Source: a plasmid. Taken from it: DNA of 64,000 nt. The notes below the pieces were generated by a model. It searched no databases, was not told the DNA's origin, and was given only the letters and a program-made list of their open reading frames with translations. This document shows, one piece after another, positions 29,298 to 39,010 of this stretch. The stretch is from the sequence record CP088595.1. One strand, given 5' to 3'. The position numbers and the translations under genes are program-made. How positions within the stretch are numbered: position 1 is the stretch's first letter; the number at the start of each line of letters is the position of its first letter.

Positions 29298-30389
29298 ATG
29301 GAAATGTCGCAGTTAAAACAACCTATTTTCCTGAAAAAGATAAAAAAAGTCATCAACACAATCCCTGGGCTTGAAGAGCAAATCTTTGCATGCCGAAATA
29401 AAAAACGCAGCGACAATCCATTATTATTTATCGACAGAAAAGATGAAGAACGCATACTAATGAGTCGTCTCCAGAGCCAACAAAAAAATGAAGAACTGGC
29501 TTCTAAACTAGAATCTTTATTTCATGGAAACGAATTATCGTCACCACACAGTATTTTGTGTTTTATATACTGGCGCTATACAAAGAAAATTTATCGCCTA
29601 AGCGAGGACATCATCAGTGATGTGGCTAACACCTATGTTGATAACATTCCTGCACAGATCCTCAAGGAACTCCCTTCATGGAGTATCTATGTTTCAGCCG
29701 AAAATCTGCATACTATACTTCCTACGTCCTATCCGATACATGGATTTTTCTTTTATCCATTTTTGGACAATAATGGAAATATTATCCGGCTTTTCATTAT
29801 TGATGATCTGAAACAAAGTCAAGGAACTACAGGGCTAAAAGAAAAGGATGTTGACGTCGTCAATAATATCATCAGAATAAAGGACTCTCGTGAAGGACTT
29901 CTTGACTCCAGAAAGATGGAGTGTATCGATGGTGAAGTCGTCGTAACAGTTAACGAAAAGCTCAAAGATTTCAGAGACAGGGAGTTTAATCTTCTTAACG
30001 CACAGATATCAATGGTGCTTTATATCTGTTCACAGATCAATGATATAAAAGAAAAAAATCAATTTAAACGGTCAGAAAAGCACAAAAAGCATGTTCACAC
30101 TCACCATGAACTACCAGCACAAAACATTCGGGAGTGGGACGTTGGTATTCGAATGGGGCAAGCCATACGGCAATATCGCCAAGCAGAACCCACAGGGAAA
30201 GAGCGGACAACAATAGGTAGCAAACGTCCTCATATACGCCGGGGACACTGGCATACATACTGGACAGGAAGTAAGAAACCAGAACTAGCCCATGAGCGTA
30301 AACCTAGATTAATATGGTTACCTCCGGTACCAGTTAATTTAGAAGACGTAAACAAACTACCGGTGGTAATAACACCCATTGATAAATGA
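29298..30389 (+). CDS. Orphan 363-aa protein, AT-rich, no recognisable domain
   Basis: Long clean ORF with a GGAG RBS. Lys/Ile/Asn-rich composition, different from the backbone. Confidence 0.6.
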   Translation: MEMSQLKQPIFLKKIKKVINTIPGLEEQIFACRNKKRSDNPLLFIDRKDEERILMSRLQSQQKNEELASKLESLFHGNELSSPHSILCFIYWRYTKKIYRLSEDIISDVANTYVDNIPAQILKELPSWSIYVSAENLHTILPTSYPIHGFFFYPFLDNNGNIIRLFIIDDLKQSQGTTGLKEKDVDVVNNIIRIKDSREGLLDSRKMECIDGEVVVTVNEKLKDFRDREFNLLNAQISMVLYICSQINDIKEKNQFKRSEKHKKHVHTHHELPAQNIREWDVGIRMGQAIRQYRQAEPTGKERTTIGSKRPHIRRGHWHTYWTGSKKPELAHERKPRLIWLPPVPVNLEDVNKLPVVITPIDK

Positions 30390-30430
30390 CCTGAAAAGTA
30401 TCTTTTCCGGTAGGATGTACACATATCTAA

Positions 30431-30602
30431 ATTATCAGGCTACTATAATGTTGTCTAGGCATTACAGTAGAGCCCTTGGTTGATTGATAAAAAATCTCCA
30501 GGGGGCTTTCTGCTGTATACCATCCACAAAACGCTTTCGGCATACAGCCTCAAGCGTCCGCGGCTATTCTAACGACTTTCGTATCTGCAACAATCCTTTT
30601 AT
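30431..30602. repeat. Right copy of the ~170-bp direct repeat
   Basis: See left copy. Confidence 0.8.
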
Positions 30603-30695
30603 CACACGGCTAATTCCTCTGGTTAGCTCTTATCGCCTGCAAATAAATTTTTAACCTTTCCGTTTGATTTAAATTCCAGAAATGGAGACTTTGTC

Positions 30696-31904
30696 ATGTC
30701 TTACAATCGACAGCCTGTCGCAGAAGATCCTATGCAGATATGGGGCGCTGTTGGTGTCCTTCTTATCCTGCTGCTATTCGTCATATGGTTATTCTTGCCG
30801 GAAGTGGTTTACGCCAGCTGCCTGATTCTTCATACCTTATGGGGACTGGTTGACTGGGGACCATTTCATAACTATGCAGCACCACGATACAACCTGCTTG
30901 CCATGACCGGTAACAACGCCGCCAACATAAGCTATAGCCAGTGGGTTAACGTCATGGAGCAGACCATAGGTATTTTGTGGATGTACCTCTTACCTGTGAC
31001 ACTCTGGTGTTTGTGGGAATGGTATCAACATCCGGGACAAAGCCGTTTCACCCGCAGACCAGTAGATATTACCCGACTGCCACACATCTTTGCTTCGTTG
31101 TCCCCTGCTATCGCCCCTGTACTGGAAGATGGTGATCCGGAAAAACTCTTTCATGGTGGTAAACGACCTGAACGGCGGGTTGCTCTCACCCCGGAAGCAT
31201 TTGTCGAACAGCATACTCTCATCACCAATATGCAGCTCGATGTTGCAGCTGCAAGACGATGTTTCATGGCCCAGTTGGGTAAACCTTTAACGTCCTGGAA
31301 AGACATGGCACCACATGAAAAAGCGCTCTTTGCCATATTTGGCCTTCAGTATTTCCTGGATGATCGGAAGGCAGCATTAAAGCTCATGGATACACTGAAC
31401 CTCTCATGCAGAATTAAAAGCAAACGGGACAGCGGGAAATTCTGTACCCCTGTTTATTCACTGGCCAAATCAGCTTTCCAGAGAGTGATTAAAAGCAACG
31501 GAGCACAGCAATGGCTGAAACAACATCGCTACGTCCGCAGTGGGCTGGTCTGGCTGTATGCACATGACCTGCGGCTTACGCCACCCAACTGGATTTGGCT
31601 GAAAGGCGTGGACAGAACGCTGTTTTATGCATTACACCGCGCCAATACCACGAAAGGATTTATTGAAGGCGCTGGCGTGGTGGCCGTTGCACGTGCAGAG
31701 GCCGAAGCCATGCGTTTTGGCCTTCCCTGCCCTGAACCCTGTGTTGATGAAGCGGTGGAAGGCTTACGGCGGGATATGCTCAGTCTCGGTCTTATCTGGG
31801 ATGAACCACAACCAGATCGCGACCGGAAACGCCGCATCCTGACCAACTGGTCCCTCACCGAAGACATCCTGCCCCGTACACCTGCTACAGACAACGAATT
31901 CTGA
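30696..31904 (+). CDS. trbA: TrbA (402 aa), DotM-like membrane protein
   Basis: Two N-terminal TM segments. Position before trbB/trbC. Confidence 0.65.
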   Translation: MSYNRQPVAEDPMQIWGAVGVLLILLLFVIWLFLPEVVYASCLILHTLWGLVDWGPFHNYAAPRYNLLAMTGNNAANISYSQWVNVMEQTIGILWMYLLPVTLWCLWEWYQHPGQSRFTRRPVDITRLPHIFASLSPAIAPVLEDGDPEKLFHGGKRPERRVALTPEAFVEQHTLITNMQLDVAAARRCFMAQLGKPLTSWKDMAPHEKALFAIFGLQYFLDDRKAALKLMDTLNLSCRIKSKRDSGKFCTPVYSLAKSAFQRVIKSNGAQQWLKQHRYVRSGLVWLYAHDLRLTPPNWIWLKGVDRTLFYALHRANTTKGFIEGAGVVAVARAEAEAMRFGLPCPEPCVDEAVEGLRRDMLSLGLIWDEPQPDRDRKRRILTNWSLTEDILPRTPATDNEF

Positions 31905-31922
31905 TTATCCGGAGAACTGAAA

Positions 31923-32993
31923 ATGACAATCGAGTACTTTGCAACACGCATTGCAAAACATATTTCCGTGCAGGCAATCTGGCCGGATGGCAGGACAGAA
32001 ATTATTGCCGTCCTTCCACAGGATGCCCTGTCAGGGCTGGTAACACGAAATAATCAACTGATTCATATAGCCTTTGACGCCATGGGCACCCGTAACAGAG
32101 AAACCGTCCTGATTGATAAACAGGAGCATAACGCTGACCAGATACTTACAGCTATTGATTCCTGCCTGCGCCTTGAATACCTGATGGAACGCCGCTTCAG
32201 CAGAACACCTTTGTTCCGTGGCATAATCGCCAGCGTTGTGCTGTTCGTAATGGCAACGATTGGCTTCTCTCTGTTCCGCTATGTTGATCGTGTATTCTGG
32301 GATGATACAACGCCTGAAGCAGTACAGACAGCAGGTGAGCCACGACTGCTTCCCCCTCACCTGAATCACACTGTGCCATTAAATGAAGGCATTCAACTCC
32401 CGGTTCCCCCGAAAAAAGACGTTCAGGTACCGGAGAAAACAATCACAAGCAAAAATCCGGAAGCCGCAGCTGCGCGACATAATCTGGCTACTGTTCTGAA
32501 GCGGAACGCCGATCGGGGCATGTTTACCATCAACCTGTCATCCGGTCATGAACGAACCCTGTACGCATTTCTCGATCCTGCCTGTCCTAACTGCAGACTT
32601 CTGGAGCCGGCTTTAAAACGCCTGGCCAGCGACTTCAATGTCGTTATCTACCCGGTTTCCGTTATTGGTGGAGAGGAATCCACCGACCGTGTGGCACCAC
32701 TGCTGTGTGAAAAAGATGCTCAGAAACGTGCTGCTGGCTGGCACCGACTGTATTCCGCAGATAACGGAATGATGACGCCATCAGAAGAAACAACGCCTGC
32801 AGATGAAACATGCCTGAAAGCAGCCAGAGCTGCGATTGATGTTAACAATGTCGCCTTCCGTAAGTTCGGATTTGCCGGTACCCCATGGGTGCTGTCCGAC
32901 ACGGGCTGGCATCTGCCTACTGGAATTCTGCAGGAAACTGGCACGCTTAATTTATTCCTGAAAACCACCGACAGCGAGTCTGGCCATGAGTGA
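31923..32993 (+). CDS. trbB: TrbB (356 aa), thioredoxin-fold disulfide isomerase-like
   Basis: CxxC motif DPACPNCRL. TM segment. Position. Confidence 0.7.
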   Translation: MTIEYFATRIAKHISVQAIWPDGRTEIIAVLPQDALSGLVTRNNQLIHIAFDAMGTRNRETVLIDKQEHNADQILTAIDSCLRLEYLMERRFSRTPLFRGIIASVVLFVMATIGFSLFRYVDRVFWDDTTPEAVQTAGEPRLLPPHLNHTVPLNEGIQLPVPPKKDVQVPEKTITSKNPEAAAARHNLATVLKRNADRGMFTINLSSGHERTLYAFLDPACPNCRLLEPALKRLASDFNVVIYPVSVIGGEESTDRVAPLLCEKDAQKRAAGWHRLYSADNGMMTPSEETTPADETCLKAARAAIDVNNVAFRKFGFAGTPWVLSDTGWHLPTGILQETGTLNLFLKTTDSESGHE

Positions 32994-35277
32994 ACATCGC
33001 GTTAACCCCGAGCTTTTACACCGTACAGCCTGGGGAAATCCTGTCTGGAATGCACTCCAGAGTCTCAATATCTATGGCTTTTGCCTGGTGGCAAGTCTTG
33101 TGGCCAGTTTTATCTGGCCACTTGCATTACCGGCATGTCTGTTGTTCACACTGATAACGATGCTGGTATTTAGTCTGCAGCGATGGCGCTGCCCTCTTCG
33201 TATGCCCATGACGCTGGAATGTGCTGACCCGTCACAGGACAGAATGATTAAAAGAAGTCTTTTCAGCTTCTGGCCAACCCTGTTCCAGTATGAGGTCATT
33301 CTGGAATCACCGGCCAGCGGCATATTCTATGTTGGTTATCAACGCGTCAGGGATATTGGCAGGGAGTTATGGCTGAGTATGGACGATCTGACCCGCCATA
33401 TAATGTTTTTCGCCACCACCGGTGGCGGTAAAACGGAAACCATCTTTGCCTGGGCGATTAACCCACTTTGCTGGGCAAGAGGATTCACCCTTGTCGATGG
33501 CAAGGCACAGAATGATACGGCAAGAACGATCTGGTATCTGGCCAGACGCTTTGGACGTGAAGACGATGTGGAAGTCATTAACTTCATGAACGGAGGAAAA
33601 TCCCGCAGTGAAATCATTCTGAGTGGTGAAAAAACGCGTCCTCAGTCAAATACCTGGAATCCCTTCTGTTACAGCACTGAGGCATTCACAGCGGAGACAA
33701 TGCAGTCAATGCTGCCCCAGAACGTCCAGGGGGGCGAGTGGCAGTCCCGGGCCATTGCCATGAATAAGGCACTGGTATTTGGTACTAAATTCTGGTGTGT
33801 GCGCGAAGGCAAAACAATGTCGCTGCAGATGCTCCGTGAACATATGACTCTCGAAGGGATGGCCAAACTTTACTGTCGTGGCCTCGATGATCAGTGGCCG
33901 GAAGAAGCTATCGCACCGTTACGTAACTACCTTCAGGACGTTCCCGGTTTCGACCTGTCGCTGGTCAGGACACCATCAGCCTGGACGGAAGAACCCAGAA
34001 AACAACATGCTTATCTCTCCGGGCAGTTTTCTGAAACTTTCAGCACATTCACGGAAGCATTCGGGGATATTTTTGCTGAAGATTCCGGTGATATCGATAT
34101 CCGTGACAGCATTCACAGCGACAGGATTCTGATGGTAATGATCCCCGCTCTGGATACATCAGCGCATACAACGTCTGCTCTTGGACGAATGTTTATCACC
34201 CAGAAAAGTATGATTCTCGCCCGTGATTTGGGCTACCGCCTCGAAGGAACTGATTCCGATGCACTGGAAGTCAAAAAATATAAGGGGCGTTTCCCTTATC
34301 TGTGTTTCCTTGATGAAGTGGGGGCATACTATACGGACCGTATTGCTGTGGAAGCCACTCAGGTGCGTTCACTGGATTTTGCTCTGATTTTGACGGCACA
34401 GGACCAGGAACGTATAGAAGGACAGACAACAGCCACGAATACTGCAACACTGATGCAGAACACGGGGACAAAATTTGCCGGCAGGATTGTCAGCGAGGGC
34501 AGTACGGCCAGAACGCTGAAAAGCGCCGCCGGTGAAGAAGCCAGGGCGAGAATGAACAACCTGCAGCGTCAGGACGGCATATTTGGTGAATCATGGATTG
34601 ACAGCCCACAAATCAGCATCCTGATGGAAAGCAAGATAAATGTTCAGGAGTTGATTGAACTTCATCCTGGCGAATTCTTTTCTATTTTCCGGGGAGAAAC
34701 CGTACCATCAGCATCATTCTTCATCCCTGACGATGAGAAAAGCTGCAGCAGCGATCCCGTTGTTATAAACAGGTATATCAGCGTGGATGCGCCACGCCTG
34801 GACCGTCTCCGCCGTCTTGTTCCCCGTACCACTCAACGTCGAATACCGTCACCGGAAAATGTCAGTGCCATCATTGGCGTCCTGACTGCAAAACCCTCCA
34901 GAAAAAGACGAAAAATTCGCACAGAGCCGCACACGATCGTGGATACATTCCAGCAACGCATTGCAGGACGTCAGGCGGCTATGGCAATGCTGGAAGAGTA
35001 CGACACAGATATCAACGCACGTGAAAGTGCCTTGTGGGAAACAGCGGTGAATACGCTTAAAACGACCACACGGGAAGAGCGACGAATTCGCTATATCACG
35101 CTGAACAGACCAGAACTACCTGAAACAAAAGAGGAAAATCAGATATCAGTGAGAGCAGAAAGAGCAGGTATAAACCTGTTAACGCTTCCACAGGACAATA
35201 ACCACCCGACAGGGCGTCCTGTAAACGGGTTTCATCATAAAAAAACCAACCGTCCGGACTGGGACGGAATGTACTGA
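32986..35277 (+). CDS. trbC: TrbC (763 aa), type IV coupling protein (DotL/VirD4-like)
   Basis: N-terminal TM segments. Walker A FFATTGGGKTET. Length matches R64 TrbC. Confidence 0.75.
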   Translation: MSEHRVNPELLHRTAWGNPVWNALQSLNIYGFCLVASLVASFIWPLALPACLLFTLITMLVFSLQRWRCPLRMPMTLECADPSQDRMIKRSLFSFWPTLFQYEVILESPASGIFYVGYQRVRDIGRELWLSMDDLTRHIMFFATTGGGKTETIFAWAINPLCWARGFTLVDGKAQNDTARTIWYLARRFGREDDVEVINFMNGGKSRSEIILSGEKTRPQSNTWNPFCYSTEAFTAETMQSMLPQNVQGGEWQSRAIAMNKALVFGTKFWCVREGKTMSLQMLREHMTLEGMAKLYCRGLDDQWPEEAIAPLRNYLQDVPGFDLSLVRTPSAWTEEPRKQHAYLSGQFSETFSTFTEAFGDIFAEDSGDIDIRDSIHSDRILMVMIPALDTSAHTTSALGRMFITQKSMILARDLGYRLEGTDSDALEVKKYKGRFPYLCFLDEVGAYYTDRIAVEATQVRSLDFALILTAQDQERIEGQTTATNTATLMQNTGTKFAGRIVSEGSTARTLKSAAGEEARARMNNLQRQDGIFGESWIDSPQISILMESKINVQELIELHPGEFFSIFRGETVPSASFFIPDDEKSCSSDPVVINRYISVDAPRLDRLRRLVPRTTQRRIPSPENVSAIIGVLTAKPSRKRRKIRTEPHTIVDTFQQRIAGRQAAMAMLEEYDTDINARESALWETAVNTLKTTTREERRIRYITLNRPELPETKEENQISVRAERAGINLLTLPQDNNHPTGRPVNGFHHKKTNRPDWDGMY

Positions 35278-35280
35278 ACA

Positions 35281-35320
35281 GTGGCCGCGCCGGATTCTGG
35301 CGCGGCCTTTTTTTTAACCT
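35281..35320. terminator. Convergent terminator between trbC and nikB
   Basis: GGCCGCGCC-ggattct-GGCGCGGCC followed by T8. Confidence 0.7.
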
Positions 35321-38013
35321 GGAGAAGGCGGTTCCCAGCGTTTATCCTGCTCCGGCGGAGGCAGTGATGCGTCATCGTTGCTGTTCGCCGCGATATAATC
35401 GCGGTAGTAGCGTTCACTTCCTTCACGGTGATGATCCACGTCCGGTCGCGTAATCCTGTAGTCTTCGTGACCGGTACGGCCTGTCACATTATGCCAGGCA
35501 ACCATTTCAGCAAAGACCTGGTTAAATTGTTTGTCGTTTCCTTCTGGTTCAAAACCCATGCGTGGATCACGCCCGAATAATACCGGTGCAATCAAATCCA
35601 GTTTATCTACCAGCGCATTGCGGTCATGGTGATTACGGAAAACAACCCTGTCACCATAATCCGTACAGACAAACTCTCCCGTCCGACGGTCACGGAAACG
35701 AACACTCCCGTTCTTCTGCAGACGGGCCTCGAGATCACCGGTATTACCGTATACCGGCGTTCCGCCCGGTTCACAAAGCACGACACAGCGGTCTGTCGTC
35801 GTTGTGCGTGACCTGTCTTTACGGCGATCGCGATAATCCCAGCCTCTCAGCTGCGATACAGCAGCCCTGTCTCCCTGAGCAGCCTGAATTTCGACCCACT
35901 GACGGTAAGAGGGTGGATACCATTTCCCGTCAGCAATAAGTTTCTGTCGCTCATCCCTGATGTCTTCTTTCAGCCTGATCAATGCCTGCATTCGCTGAAC
36001 TTCTGCAATGTGATAATGCAGCTTACGTAATGCCGGATCATCGTACTGCGCACGAATGTGTGACTTCCGCAGACGGCATGCCTGATGAATTTCCCGACAA
36101 CGTTCCCCATAACGCAGATCTGGTTTACGCCATTGTTCACGCCATGCCAGATAGCGGGCACGCAGGTCAGCACGGGCCTCAGCTCTGGCTTCACGTCGCT
36201 GCCGGCGCAGCATTGGGTCACGTTTACTGCTGACCCCGTACCTGTCACTGACAGCCAGCTCCGGGTTATAGCGACTTTCAGGTTGCACCCTGTCAAACAA
36301 ATCTGCTGGGGCACTCACAAAAGGTCCGGCCTGTGGCTCTGCACGCCCCAGTGTCAGATCAGGATGAATGCTGCTGGCCTTCACCGGCGTTTGCTCATGA
36401 TTAAAGGCATCAACGACAACAAGCCCGTGATGTTGTTTCTGTAGCATCAGTCCCTGTTGTGCAAACAGCTCATGACAACGCTGCCAGGTAAACTCACCCT
36501 GTGTGATCATTTCTTCAATCTGAGGGCTACAATGGCTGATGCTGTATCCCCACAGACTTTCTTTGTCAGAAAACAGTTCGCGTTTGATAGCCCCCTGCGG
36601 CCCCGTGCCTGTACGCATACGGTGCCATTCTTTATCGGTCGCAGGACAGCTCTCCATACGACGACCACGGAAGCGTTCTGTTGGCGTAACCTGGCGGAAA
36701 ATATCTGTTGGTACAGGCAGCCAGCCACCATCGAGTTGATTCACATTGTCGAGCGTCAGCAGTGACCATACGCTGTCAGCACGAACGGGAGTCTGGTTAT
36801 GATCATAACCGTCACAGATAACCAGGTGACCATGCTGAACACGCATCCATAAACCCGCTTCAGCCAGTGTGCGGTGAATAGCCTGGCAGTTTTCCAGCCG
36901 TCCTTCCCGTGCCATTTCCGGCAGACGTTCTGCAAGATGACGACAGGCATACTGCTGCAGACTTTCTGTTTCAGCGATTTTTTCCGGGCGAACATCAGCT
37001 GCAATGAAGTCCGGATTATAGCGTCCTGGTGCTTCCACCTGGCTGAAAATATCTTTTGGTACTGGCGTGTAGTCACCCATTTTTTTCATGAGTTTTTCTG
37101 CACACCAGGAGGGACCAAACGAGTCAAGCTGTACACCTTCCCTGTTGCGATCCCAGCCATCCATCACCAGAAATTTTCCGTCCATATGAGACAGGTACAG
37201 ACCATCTTCAGCAAGACGACGATGCAGGGATAACCAGTCATGTACAGGTTCACTGCGTAAACCAGCGACCGCTGTCTGCGCAACATACTCGCGAAAAGTT
37301 TGTTTTTTTCCGCGTGTCCAAGCGTTCTGGCGATCACGTTCAACGGCAGTTTTACGAACGATACGATTTCCCGGCGCATGGACCCAGCAACCGTTATCCG
37401 GAGCAAAACCATGCTTCAGTTCAAGCTCACGGCAGGCACGACTGAGTTTTTCCTGACTCCATGATAACCGGTTCAGATAACCCGTTTCAGGGTGTACCCG
37501 GTTAACAGCCACATGGACGTGCAGATTATCTGTATCAGTATGCACGGCAGAGACATACTGATGGTCGGCAAGGCCGAGTGATTTCAGCGTATGACGTACA
37601 CTGTCATAAATCTGTTCCGGACGCGGGCTTTCATGTGACTGCCAGGAAAGGATGTAGTGAAAAACAGGGTCAGTGTCATCTTTTGCATAGTGAGCCTGCC
37701 GGGCAATGTACTCCATATCTGCAGCAGCAGTTTCAAGAGATGTACAGTTGTGAAAGCAGGTGACACCATAAAAGTTGACCCATTCGCAGCCGTCCTTCAT
37801 GACATCAACCAGCGCCACGAATGACTCATTTCGAAGACGTGTCGCATAATCAACAAGGCGACTGAAACGACTTCGGTGCGGTTGTTCAGCCTGCGAAGAA
37901 GAAGATAAATCCAGTTCCTCATCGGTCATGTCATCCCGGACAGAGACGTAGGATACCAGGTCTTCGAACGAAGACTTGCCGTCCCTTCTCTTTTTCGGAA
38001 TGACTGCATTCAC
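35314..38013 (-). CDS. nikB: Relaxase NikB (899 aa), MOBP family
   Basis: His-triad motif HTDTDNLHVHVAVNRVH. Length equals R64 NikB. Confidence 0.85.
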   Translation of the reverse strand: MNAVIPKKRRDGKSSFEDLVSYVSVRDDMTDEELDLSSSSQAEQPHRSRFSRLVDYATRLRNESFVALVDVMKDGCEWVNFYGVTCFHNCTSLETAAADMEYIARQAHYAKDDTDPVFHYILSWQSHESPRPEQIYDSVRHTLKSLGLADHQYVSAVHTDTDNLHVHVAVNRVHPETGYLNRLSWSQEKLSRACRELELKHGFAPDNGCWVHAPGNRIVRKTAVERDRQNAWTRGKKQTFREYVAQTAVAGLRSEPVHDWLSLHRRLAEDGLYLSHMDGKFLVMDGWDRNREGVQLDSFGPSWCAEKLMKKMGDYTPVPKDIFSQVEAPGRYNPDFIAADVRPEKIAETESLQQYACRHLAERLPEMAREGRLENCQAIHRTLAEAGLWMRVQHGHLVICDGYDHNQTPVRADSVWSLLTLDNVNQLDGGWLPVPTDIFRQVTPTERFRGRRMESCPATDKEWHRMRTGTGPQGAIKRELFSDKESLWGYSISHCSPQIEEMITQGEFTWQRCHELFAQQGLMLQKQHHGLVVVDAFNHEQTPVKASSIHPDLTLGRAEPQAGPFVSAPADLFDRVQPESRYNPELAVSDRYGVSSKRDPMLRRQRREARAEARADLRARYLAWREQWRKPDLRYGERCREIHQACRLRKSHIRAQYDDPALRKLHYHIAEVQRMQALIRLKEDIRDERQKLIADGKWYPPSYRQWVEIQAAQGDRAAVSQLRGWDYRDRRKDRSRTTTTDRCVVLCEPGGTPVYGNTGDLEARLQKNGSVRFRDRRTGEFVCTDYGDRVVFRNHHDRNALVDKLDLIAPVLFGRDPRMGFEPEGNDKQFNQVFAEMVAWHNVTGRTGHEDYRITRPDVDHHREGSERYYRDYIAANSNDDASLPPPEQDKRWEPPSPG

Positions 38014-38023
38014 CGGAGAATCC

Positions 38024-38356
38024 TCAACCTTCCATTAACTGTTTACGCAATGTATTTGTAAGTTCGGTTATGGCAACAAGCACTTCTGCGTATTCCTTGT
38101 CACCGGTTCTTTTTCCCTGAACAAACAGATGCTTCTGCATCCTTCCCAGTCTCATTAACTCCTTCAGAAAAGCATCATCTGTACGGGAGTTAATTCGCTT
38201 ATTCAGTGCTGCATTTCGGATGTAAGCAGATACAGTAAGTCCGGAATCTTCAGCTTTTTTCCTGATGGTTTCATCCTCAACAGGAGAGAATCTGAGTGTC
38301 CTGACAACTGTCTTTTGCCGTACCTCACTTTTCTTTCTTACCGCACTATCACTCAC
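38024..38356 (-). CDS. nikA: Relaxosome accessory protein NikA (110 aa, RHH), GTG start
   Basis: AAGGAG sits 6 nt upstream of the GTG at 38356. This gives exactly 110 aa. The six-frame ATG start at 38404 would lie within oriT. Confidence 0.75.
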   Translation of the reverse strand: MSDSAVRKKSEVRQKTVVRTLRFSPVEDETIRKKAEDSGLTVSAYIRNAALNKRINSRTDDAFLKELMRLGRMQKHLFVQGKRTGDKEYAEVLVAITELTNTLRKQLMEG

Positions 38357-38394
38357 TTCAGGCTCCTTACGGGGTGTCGGGGCGAAGCCCTGAC

Positions 38395-38460
38395 CAGATG
38401 GCAATTGTAATAGCGTCGCGTGTGACGGTATTACAATTGCACATCCTGTCCCGTTTTTCA
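38395..38460 (+). promoter_or_regulatory. oriT: oriT: inverted repeat GCAATTGTAATA...TATTACAATTGC (38401-38440) and a MOBP-type nic motif ACATCCTG|TC near 38448/38449
   Basis: Perfect 12-bp arms with a 16-bp spacer. YATCCTG|Y consensus immediately 3'. Adjacent to nikA. Confidence 0.7.
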
Positions 38461-38583
38461 GGCCATTATAGCCTGTTATTTTTGTGCATCATAGTCTTAT
38501 GCAGACGGCAGAGGCAGGGCGCAGCCCTGCCAGGAGTCATTTTTTGATGATAAAATCAGACTTCAACATGAAACGGAGAGAAA

Positions 38584-38925
38584 GTGCCAATGGCTTCTAA
38601 AAAATTTTACTCAGATGATGACATCCAGCTGGCAAAAGCTGCTTTATCAGAATTGCCGGACCTCACCGCTCAACGGAAAACATTGCGTGATTTTCTTGAT
38701 GCCATTCGTGATGACATCATTATCCTGGTAAGGACAAAGGGTTATACACTGGCAGATGTTCGTGACACGCTCAAAAATGCAGGGTATGAAGTAGGAGAGA
38801 AGGCACTTCGTGACATTATTCGGGAAGCAGAATCGAAAAAACCATCCCGCCGTTCTTCCTCTAAAACAGCACCTAAAAAGACAGATTCAGGCAGGAAAGA
38901 TGGCATCGATATGAACAACAATTGA
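38584..38925 (+). CDS. Hypothetical 113-aa Lys/Ser-rich protein next to oriT
   Basis: ORF. A 9-bp-arm palindrome GATGTGACAaTGTCACATC follows the stop, then a terminator at 38975-39005. Confidence 0.45.
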   Translation: MPMASKKFYSDDDIQLAKAALSELPDLTAQRKTLRDFLDAIRDDIIILVRTKGYTLADVRDTLKNAGYEVGEKALRDIIREAESKKPSRRSSSKTAPKKTDSGRKDGIDMNNN

Positions 38926-39010
38926 TGTGACAATGTCACATCGTGTTCTGAGATTATGATGATTACAGAAAAAAAAGCCCCGGCATAAATACCAGGGCTT
39001 TTCTGTTTAA

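Noticed and set aside
35562-36444. Plus-strand ORFs (125, 83 and 119 aa) inside nikB
   Set aside because: Antisense to a strongly supported relaxase gene. No RBS and no motifs.
38024-38404. 126-aa NikA from the ATG at 38404
   Set aside because: It would start inside the oriT inverted repeat. The GTG at 38356 with AAGGAG gives the expected 110 aa.
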